From: an uncultured delta proteobacterium
GTDB lineage: Bacteria; Myxococcota_A; Polyangia; Palsa-1104
Reading direction: 5' to 3'
DNA: 64,000 nt
Assembly: GCA_963785725.1 (NCBI GenBank)
Contig: CAWAWS010000004.1
Coordinates: forward strand, 159,739-223,738
This document shows positions 1 to 7,122 of the stretch, one piece after another. A program made the position numbers and the translations under genes. The notes beneath the pieces were generated by a model that was not told the DNA's origin, ran no database searches, and saw nothing but the letters and a program-made list of their open reading frames with translations. The first letter of the stretch is position 1; each line of letters begins with the position of its first letter.

Positions 1-2
1 AG

Positions 3-416
3 GTGCTACGCTTCGCGCAGGCGGGCGAGCTGGAGAAATTTCGCGCCGGCGAGGACATCGTCGTCGAAGGGACGCTCGGCGACTCGCTCTATCTCATTCT
101 GTCGGGCAGCGCCGAGGTGCACGTGGGCGGCGGCGAGACGCGGCCGTTGGCGACGCTCAAGCCGGGCGAGTTCTTCGGCGAGATGTCGCTGGTCGAGCCG
201 GCGGTGCGATCGGCGACGGTGCGCGCCGTCGACGACGCCGAGCTGTTTCGCGTGCCGCACTACGCGCTCGCGAACCTGCTCGAGGACGATCCGGTCGTCT
301 TGCACCTCGTGCTGGTGACCGTCATTCGCGTCTTGTCGAAGCGGCTGCGCGACACGAACGGGCTCGTCGGCTCGGTCGAGAAGCTGTCGGAGTGGCTGGC
401 GGCGTCGCTGGTCTGA
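3..416 (+). CDS. Cyclic nucleotide-binding domain protein (5' truncated by window edge)
   Basis: cNMP-binding motifs EG..GDSLYLILSG and GEFFGEMSL...RSATVRA. Confidence 0.85.
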   Translation: MLRFAQAGELEKFRAGEDIVVEGTLGDSLYLILSGSAEVHVGGGETRPLATLKPGEFFGEMSLVEPAVRSATVRAVDDAELFRVPHYALANLLEDDPVVLHLVLVTVIRVLSKRLRDTNGLVGSVEKLSEWLAASLV

Positions 417-581
417 CCGCGCCGGCCTGAGGCTGAGCGCCCCGTAGCCGCTGGGAATCCGCCCACCGAGCGACCGGAGCACGAGCGCGTGAGCTCGGCG
501 GCGTCTCGATCGCGAGACGGCGAGGCGTCGCCAACACCTTGCGGCGCAATGGCTTAGGCGCGCTCGCGGGCGTGACCGGCG

Positions 582-597
582 AGGTACGATTGTTGCT
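582..597 (+). promoter_or_regulatory. Putative sigma54 (-24/-12) promoter of the Flp-Hint gene
   Basis: AGGTACG-ATTG-TTGCT; GG(583-584)-N10-GC(595-596), just upstream of ATG 611. Confidence 0.6.
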
Positions 598-610
598 TTT
601 CGCTGGCGCC

Positions 611-2212
611 ATGCGAGTCAGGGGAAGCCTGCGCCGAACCCGCGGCGTGACGGCGATCGAGTACGGCGTGGTGCTGGTGCTGGTGGCGATGAGCGTCATC
701 ATCGGCTACCGCACCTTCGGCAAGCGCGTTCGCTGCGCCATGGCCAGCGCCGGCGACAAGCTCGCCGACTCCGATGGGCCGAGCGAATGCCAGCCGTCGC
801 CCACGGTCGCCCAAAACGGCGGCGGCGGCAGCGGCGGCTGCCAAGGCGCCGCCTGCTTCCTGCCCGGCAAGTGCTTCGTCGCCGGCACGCTGGTGCTCAC
901 CGACGAAGGCGAGCAGCCGATTGAGACCATCACCGTCGGCGAGCGCGTGTTGGCGCGCGACGAGGCCGGCGTGCTCGGCTGGCAGCCGGTGCTGCGCACG
1001 TTCGCGCGCTCGACGGACGCGCTGGTGCGGCTGACGCTCGACGACGACAACGCGATCGAGCTGACGCCCGAGCATCGGCTGTTCGTCGACGGGCGCGGCT
1101 GGGTGGAGGCGCGCGACGTGGCGGCGGGCGAGTCGCTCGTCGACGCCGGCGGCGCCGACGTCGTCGTGGGCGCGGTCGAGTCGGTCGCGCGCACGGCGCC
1201 GGTCTTCAACCTCGAAGTGGCCGAGCTGCACAGCTACTTCGTCGGTGGACGGCAGATCTGGGCGCACAACGACTGCGGCGACGGCGAGGGATCCGGCAGC
1301 GGCGGCAGCGGCGAGGGATCCGGCAGCGGCGGCAGTCCGCCCGCGAGCAGCGGTGGCGGCGGATTGGCGCCGCCGTCGATCGCGCCGCCGACGGTCGCGC
1401 CGCCGACGGTGTCGACGGAGTCGGGCGGTCCCGGCATCCTCAGTCCGCCACCGCCACCGCCGCCGCCGGCTCCGGCCGTGCCGCCGCCGAGCATCATCAC
1501 GCCCAGCAGCGCGGCGCCGCCGGCGGTCACGCAAGGCAGCACGGCCGTGGCGCAGGCGACGCCGCAGCCGACGACGGCGTCAGCCGTGCTGTCGTCGGTG
1601 CCGAGCGGTCACTTGACGCTGTATGCCGACATCGAGGCGACCGGCATGCTGGGCGGCAACATCCCGACCGTGCAGAACATGCAGCAGGGCGCCGTCGGTC
1701 ACGCGTTCATCGGCTTCAACGAAGGCAACGGCAACGAACGGCTCATCGGCATGTGGCCCAACATCTACAACAACCAGTATTACGATCCCAGCCGTCCTTG
1801 GGCGTCGGTCGGCGGCCTCGTCATGGAGCCGGACGAAGACCACTACGACAGCCCGCACCTGCGGCAGCAGCGCTATCCGTTGACGCCGGCGCAGGTCGCG
1901 GCCGTCAATCAGTACATCAACTCGCATCGCAACCCGCAGTCGCCGTACAACCTGTTCGGCTGGCGCGGCGGGCAGAACTGCGTGACGTTCGCCTGCGGCG
2001 CCGTCAGCGCGGCCGGCTATACGCCGCCGCCGTACAGCATCTTCGGCTTTCCCAACCCGAACGCGCTGCACAACAACTTGCCGCCGCGGCCGCCGACGCC
2101 GCCGCGACCGCCGACGCCGCCGTCGCCGTCGCGCAGCAGCAGCTTCGGCAGCATCTACAGCTCGCACAGCTCGGGCAGCGTCTACAGCACGCACAGCAGC
2201 ACCGGCCCCTGA
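611..2212 (+). CDS. Flp/Tad prepilin - Hint domain - Pro/Gly-rich linker - permuted papain-like C-terminal domain fusion (putative effector), 533 aa
   Basis: Leader RRTRG|VTAIEYG plus hydrophobic helix; Hint CFVAGTLV...TPEHRLFV...VFNLEVAELHSYFVG...AHN (872-1270); C-terminal GHAFIG...YNLF...NC. Confidence 0.85.
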   Translation: MRVRGSLRRTRGVTAIEYGVVLVLVAMSVIIGYRTFGKRVRCAMASAGDKLADSDGPSECQPSPTVAQNGGGGSGGCQGAACFLPGKCFVAGTLVLTDEGEQPIETITVGERVLARDEAGVLGWQPVLRTFARSTDALVRLTLDDDNAIELTPEHRLFVDGRGWVEARDVAAGESLVDAGGADVVVGAVESVARTAPVFNLEVAELHSYFVGGRQIWAHNDCGDGEGSGSGGSGEGSGSGGSPPASSGGGGLAPPSIAPPTVAPPTVSTESGGPGILSPPPPPPPPAPAVPPPSIITPSSAAPPAVTQGSTAVAQATPQPTTASAVLSSVPSGHLTLYADIEATGMLGGNIPTVQNMQQGAVGHAFIGFNEGNGNERLIGMWPNIYNNQYYDPSRPWASVGGLVMEPDEDHYDSPHLRQQRYPLTPAQVAAVNQYINSHRNPQSPYNLFGWRGGQNCVTFACGAVSAAGYTPPPYSIFGFPNPNALHNNLPPRPPTPPRPPTPPSPSRSSSFGSIYSSHSSGSVYSTHSSTGP

Positions 2213-2219
2213 CGTCGCG

Positions 2220-3155
2220 TCAGCGGTCGAGCGGCTCGAGGATCGTCGGTTGGCGCGTGAGGCGCGTCAGATCGAAGTCGGCCACGAGCTCGCGCGCGGT
2301 GACGATCGCGTCGGGCGCGCACAGGCCGAGCGAGCCGGCCAGCATGCCGACGACGCGCGCCGCCGGCACGCCGCGCTCGCGCCAGCTGCCGACGGAGATG
2401 GCGCCGTGCCGCTTCGACAGGCGGCTGCCGTCGGCGCCGAGCACGAGCGGCACGTGCGCGAACCGGGGCGCCGTCAGCTCGAGCGCGCGATAGAGCAGCA
2501 GCTGGCGCGCGGTCGAGCCCAACAGGTCGTCGCCGCGCAGCACGTCCGTCATCGCCATGGCCGCGTCGTCGACGACCACCGCCAGCTGATAGGCGGTCAC
2601 GCCGTCGGCGCGGCGGATGACGAAGTCGCCCACCGTCGCCGCCACGTCGTCGGCCTGCGCGCCGTGCACGCCGTCGACGAAGGTCACGACTTCGGGCTCG
2701 ACGCGCAGCCGCACCGACGGCGTGCGACCGGGTGGTCCCGACGTGCGCTCGCGGCAGGTGCCGGGATAGCGCGGGCCGTCGTCGCCGGCGCCGTGGGGCG
2801 CGGTGGCGGCGCGGGCCACTTCGGCGCGCGAGCACCAGCAGCGGAAGGCGCGCCCCGACGCCAGCAGCTGCTCGACGGCGGCGTCATACAGCGGCTGGCG
2901 CTCGGATTGCCGATAGGGCGCGTACGGACCGCCTGGGCGCGGCCCTTCGTCGCAGTCGATTCCCAGCCAATCCAGGTCGTCGAGGATGCGCGCTTCGGCG
3001 CCGGCGATGACGCGCGGGCGGTCCAAGTCCTCGACTCGCAAGACGAACGCGCCGCCGGCCGCGCGCGCCCACAGCCACGCCGCCAGCGCCGTGCGGGCGC
3101 CGCCCAAGTGCAGATCGCCCGTCGGCGAAGGTGCGAAACGACCGCGATGGCCCAT
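2220..3155 (-). CDS. gluQ: Glutamyl-Q tRNA(Asp) synthetase
   Basis: RFAPSPTGDLHLG, RVEDLD, CWCSR, YPGTCR, YQLAVVVDD, LSKR; no anticodon-binding domain. Confidence 0.92.
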   Translation of the reverse strand: MGHRGRFAPSPTGDLHLGGARTALAAWLWARAAGGAFVLRVEDLDRPRVIAGAEARILDDLDWLGIDCDEGPRPGGPYAPYRQSERQPLYDAAVEQLLASGRAFRCWCSRAEVARAATAPHGAGDDGPRYPGTCRERTSGPPGRTPSVRLRVEPEVVTFVDGVHGAQADDVAATVGDFVIRRADGVTAYQLAVVVDDAAMAMTDVLRGDDLLGSTARQLLLYRALELTAPRFAHVPLVLGADGSRLSKRHGAISVGSWRERGVPAARVVGMLAGSLGLCAPDAIVTARELVADFDLTRLTRQPTILEPLDR

Positions 3156-3174
3156 CGCCTGCTAGCATAACGTC

Positions 3175-3753
3175 GTGCACGACTGGGTGGGTCCATTGAT
3201 CCTCGCCGCGGTGGGCTGGTCGGCTTGGCGGGCGCGCTCGCGCGATCGCTGGCTGCAGCGCGAGCTGGCGCGTATTCCCGATGTCACGCTGTCGGATCTG
3301 AAGGAGGGGCTGCGCGTCCGCGTCACCGGCATCGTCGAAGCCGCCGGCACGCCGCTGACCGCGCCCTACTCGGGCCGCGTCTGTCTCGCCTGGTCGACGC
3401 GCGACATCGCCCGCGACAGCCTGGCCGAGCGGCTCGTCCGCTTCGCCGCCGGCGACTTCGTGCTGCGCGGCGACGACGGCGGCCGCGTGCTCGTGCGCGC
3501 CAGCGAAGCCGAGCTCGTCGTCGCCATGAACCACCCCATCAGCGTCGAGCGCGTCGGCGGCGCGGCGGTGCGGCGCGAGTCGGTGCTGCAGCCGGGCGAG
3601 CACGTCACCGTCGTCGGCACGCCGCGCCAAGAGCCCGATCCGACCGGCGTCGGCAGCTATCGCGAGCCGCCGACGCGGCTCGTCTTCGGCGCCGGCTCGT
3701 GGGTGCTGGCGGGCGCCGCGGCGACGCAGGTCGGCGTTCGCGGCCGATGGTGA
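3175..3753 (+). CDS. Membrane-anchored GIDE-like domain protein
   Basis: N-terminal TM; VRVTGIVEAAGTPLTAPYSGRVC pattern; ends GSYREPP. Confidence 0.6.
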   Translation: MHDWVGPLILAAVGWSAWRARSRDRWLQRELARIPDVTLSDLKEGLRVRVTGIVEAAGTPLTAPYSGRVCLAWSTRDIARDSLAERLVRFAAGDFVLRGDDGGRVLVRASEAELVVAMNHPISVERVGGAAVRRESVLQPGEHVTVVGTPRQEPDPTGVGSYREPPTRLVFGAGSWVLAGAAATQVGVRGRW

Positions 3754-4292
3754 TGCACGACGTCTTCGGCGCGCTCATGCTCGGCATCTTCGCCGCGGCG
3801 CCGATCCTCACCTTTCGCGAGCGCTTCGGCTTCTGGCGGGCGACGCGCATCGCCGATCTGGTCGACGGCGAGCGCCTCCGCGTCGACGGCGTCGTCGAGC
3901 CCATCGGCAAGCCGCTGCGCGCGCCGTGGCTCGAGATGGACTGCGTCGCCTACAGCATCTGGCGCGAAGATCCGCCGCTGCCCGAGGAGTCCGGCGAATA
4001 CGACGAGGCGCAGGACTTCATGCTCCGCGACGGCGCCGGCGACAGCGTGCTCGTGCGCGTCGGCGATCGCTTCCAATTGCGCGCCGGACGACAGATTCGC
4101 CTGCCGCCGCATGTCGACGCCCACGTCATTCAGGCGGGCGATTTGGTGAGCGTCATCGGCGTCGCCGCGGAAGTGCCGGCGCTCGACGGCATGGGCGCGA
4201 CCTACCGCGAGCCGCCGCGGCGCTGGATTTTGTGCGGCAGCGACCCGCAGCCGCTCGTCATCGTGGGCCGAACACGACGGGGTAGTCGCTGA
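3753..4292 (+). CDS. Paralogous membrane-anchored GIDE-like domain protein
   Basis: ATG overlaps the upstream TGA; LRVDGVVEPIGKPLRAPW..DC and GATYREPP resemble the upstream gene. Confidence 0.6.
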   Translation: MHDVFGALMLGIFAAAPILTFRERFGFWRATRIADLVDGERLRVDGVVEPIGKPLRAPWLEMDCVAYSIWREDPPLPEESGEYDEAQDFMLRDGAGDSVLVRVGDRFQLRAGRQIRLPPHVDAHVIQAGDLVSVIGVAAEVPALDGMGATYREPPRRWILCGSDPQPLVIVGRTRRGSR

Positions 4293-4417
4293 TCACGCTC
4301 GAGCCGCTCGTCATCGGTCAGCGGCGAGGTCATGAGCGGCGCGATTGCCAGAAGCGGTAGCAGGCCGTCACCAGCGCGGCGCCGGCGAGGAAGTAGAAGA
4401 AGCTCTCGGGAAACAAG

Positions 4418-5530
4418 CTAGACGTTGAAGCGGAAGTGCACCGTGTCGCCGTCGCGCATGACGTACTCCTTGCCTTCGACGTGCAGCTTGGCGGCGGCGC
4501 GGCAAGCCGCTTCCGAGCCCAGCTTGACCAGATCCTCCCACCAAATGACTTCGGCCTTGATGAAGCCCTTTTCGAAGTCGGTGTGGATGGCGCCGGCCGC
4601 TTGCGGCGCCTTCGTGCCGTTCAAGATGGTCCAGGCGCGCACTTCGGTCTCGCCGGCGGTGAAGAACGTGATGAGCCCGAGCAGGTTGTAGCCCGTGCGC
4701 ACGACCTTGTTGAGGCCGGGCTCGTCGAGCCCGAGCGAGGCCAGGAACTCCGGCTGCTCTTCGGGCGGCAGCGTCGAGATCTCGGCTTCGGCGGCGGCGC
4801 TGATGACGACGACCGGCGCGTTCTCTTTGGCCGCCACTTTGCGCAGCGCTTCGACGTACGGATCCTTGCCGGCCACCGCCGCCGCCAGCTGCTTCTCGGC
4901 GACGTTGGCGACATACATGACCTTCTTGGACGTCAACAACGACAGCTCTTTCAGGAGCACGCGCTCGTCGTCGGTCATCTCGATCGCGCGCACGGGGATG
5001 CCGTCGTTCAACCCTTTTTGCAGCTTGTTGCAGAAGTCGAACATCGCCTTCTCGGCCTTGGCGTCGGCGCCCTTCATCGACTTGCCGGCTTTGGCGCCGC
5101 GCTTCTCGACGGTCTCGAAATCCTTCAGGCCCAATTCGGTGTCGATGGTGGCGATGTCACCGGCGGGATCGATGCGCCCTTCGACGTGGACGATGTTCTC
5201 ATCCTCGAAGCAGCGGACGACGTGCGCGATGGCGTTGACCTCGCGAATGTTGGCCAAGAACTGATTGCCGAGGCCTTCGCCTTTGGAGGCGCCGCGGACG
5301 AGGCCGGCGATGTCGACGAACTCGAGCGTCGTCGGCACGACCTTCTTCGGCTTGATGACCTTCACCAGCGCGTCTTGGCGCGGATCATGGACTCCGACGA
5401 TTCCGACGTTCGGCTCGATCGTGCAAAAAGGATAGTTGGCCGCCTCGGCCTGCTGTGTGGCCGACAGCGCGTTGAACAGGGTCGACTTCCCGACGTTGGG
5501 AAGGCCGACGATTCCGCATGCAAAACCCAT
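4418..5530 (-). CDS. ychF: Redox-regulated ATPase YchF
   Basis: [42 protein letters not shown]-terminal FRFNV. Confidence 0.97.
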   Translation of the reverse strand: MGFACGIVGLPNVGKSTLFNALSATQQAEAANYPFCTIEPNVGIVGVHDPRQDALVKVIKPKKVVPTTLEFVDIAGLVRGASKGEGLGNQFLANIREVNAIAHVVRCFEDENIVHVEGRIDPAGDIATIDTELGLKDFETVEKRGAKAGKSMKGADAKAEKAMFDFCNKLQKGLNDGIPVRAIEMTDDERVLLKELSLLTSKKVMYVANVAEKQLAAAVAGKDPYVEALRKVAAKENAPVVVISAAAEAEISTLPPEEQPEFLASLGLDEPGLNKVVRTGYNLLGLITFFTAGETEVRAWTILNGTKAPQAAGAIHTDFEKGFIKAEVIWWEDLVKLGSEAACRAAAKLHVEGKEYVMRDGDTVHFRFNV

Positions 5531-5588
5531 GGGCGAGCAGTCTAGTCGAAAGTTGTAAATGCAAAGGCGAAAAGGTTAACGTCGGACC

Positions 5589-6482
5589 ATGCAAAGGGGG
5601 CTTCTCGTCGTCGCTCTGGTCGTTTCCGCCTGTGCGCACAAGCCGCCGCCGCCGGCGCCCGCGCCGCCGCCGCCGCCGCCGCCCAAAGGCGAGCTCTTGC
5701 GGCTCAAGCCCAAAGCGGGCGAGGCGCTGCGTAGCCATGTGAAATTGCTGATCGAGCAGGAAGTGGCCGGCGAGCAGGGGAGCAAGCGCGCGGCGACGAA
5801 GCCCTTGCTCTTGCAGTTCGGCTTCGGCGAGGAGGAGACGGTCGACTCGGTGGCGCCCGACGGCTCGCAGATCATCTCGGCGCGGCTCGTGGATGCCGTC
5901 GGTCAGGCGTCGGGCGGCGCCAGCCAGGCGATGGTCGACGACATGGCGCTGGCCTTCGACGAGCTCAAGATCAACTTCAAGCGCCAGCCGCGCGGCGAGG
6001 TGATGGCGATCGCGATGTCGGGGCTGCGCAAGCCGCTCGACGACAAGACGGCGCGCCAGGTGTTGAACGCGCTCTACGGCGCGCAGCGGGGCGCGCTGCT
6101 GCCCGAAGAGCGCGTCGAGCTGGGCGCGACCTGGAAGGTGTCGATGGCGATGCCGAGCTTGAGCGGCTACGAAGGCGACGTGCACTACGATTACACCTGG
6201 TCGCGCTCGGACGGCGGCGTCGCCATCATCGGCGGCGAAGGCCACGCCGACGGCAAGAAGGGCGCGAGCAAGCTGTCGGCGAAGAGCACGTCGGAGTACC
6301 GCTTCGACGTCGCCCGCGGCAAGCTGATGGGCTCGATGGTCGATCAGCTGACGCAGGTCGAGGACACGGCGCAGCCGGCCAATGGACAGCCGGTGCAGTC
6401 GGCGGTGCGGCAGCACCTGCGCGTCGAGTGGAGCGCCGAGCCGTCGCCCGATTCCAACGATAATAAGGAAAAACAGGAGTAG
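5589..6482 (+). CDS. Hypothetical lipoprotein
   Basis: Signal with lipobox VVSAC, Pro-rich linker, beta-rich body. Confidence 0.75.
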   Translation: MQRGLLVVALVVSACAHKPPPPAPAPPPPPPPKGELLRLKPKAGEALRSHVKLLIEQEVAGEQGSKRAATKPLLLQFGFGEEETVDSVAPDGSQIISARLVDAVGQASGGASQAMVDDMALAFDELKINFKRQPRGEVMAIAMSGLRKPLDDKTARQVLNALYGAQRGALLPEERVELGATWKVSMAMPSLSGYEGDVHYDYTWSRSDGGVAIIGGEGHADGKKGASKLSAKSTSEYRFDVARGKLMGSMVDQLTQVEDTAQPANGQPVQSAVRQHLRVEWSAEPSPDSNDNKEKQE

Positions 6483-6489
6483 CCCGCGC

Positions 6490-7110
6490 ATGACCGCCAA
6501 TCGTCCGCCGCGCGACATCACGCCGGCCGGCTTCTTCAGTGACTGGCTGCCGCGCGAGTTCGCGGCCGAGTTCGGCGCCGGCAAGCGCGCCGCCGCCGAC
6601 ATTACCGTCGCCGTGAAGCTCGAAGGCGAGGGCGGCGGCGAGTTCATCCTCGACGTCAAAGGCGGCACGCTGTCGGACCGGAAGCCGGGCTCGCCGGGGC
6701 CGGCGCCGATGGTGAGCATGACGCAGTCGGTGGCCGATTGGCGCGCGCTGGCCGTTGGTGAAGATGGCGCGAACGTCGACCTGGCGCCGCCGCAAGCGTC
6801 GCCGCTCGATGTGCTGTTCGTCGATCCGCAGTCGCGGCAGCTGATGAACGCCATCAAAGGGCTGGTGCGCTTCGAGGTGCACGGCTATCACGGGCGCACC
6901 TGGGCGATGGAAGTGAAGTTCGGCACGCAGGCCGAGGGCGACGAGCCGGACGCGACGATCTCCGTCGACGCCGTGACGTACGCGGCGATTCTGGCGCGCA
7001 AGATGGCGCCGCCCGAGGCCTACTTCAGCGGCAAGATTCAGATGCGCGGCAACACGTCGCTGGCGATGCAGCTGGCGATGGGCATGCTGCCGCGCTTCAC
7101 GCAGAAGTAA
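6490..7110 (+). CDS. SCP2 sterol/lipid-binding domain protein (probably tandem SCP2-like)
   Basis: PDATISVD...AYFSGKIQMRGNTSLAMQL; N-terminal LEGEGGGEF. Confidence 0.75.
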   Translation: MTANRPPRDITPAGFFSDWLPREFAAEFGAGKRAAADITVAVKLEGEGGGEFILDVKGGTLSDRKPGSPGPAPMVSMTQSVADWRALAVGEDGANVDLAPPQASPLDVLFVDPQSRQLMNAIKGLVRFEVHGYHGRTWAMEVKFGTQAEGDEPDATISVDAVTYAAILARKMAPPEAYFSGKIQMRGNTSLAMQLAMGMLPRFTQK

Positions 7111-7122
7111 ACAGCGGGTTAC

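Noticed and set aside
539..610. Longer N-terminus from the ORF track (TTG 539)
   Set aside because: Overlaps the sigma54-like box; ATG 611 gives a typical short Flp leader.
872..1270. Selfish intein in the pilin gene
   Set aside because: No homing endonuclease, and the residue after HN is Asp rather than Cys/Ser/Thr; fits a cleaving pretoxin-type Hint better than a splicing intein.
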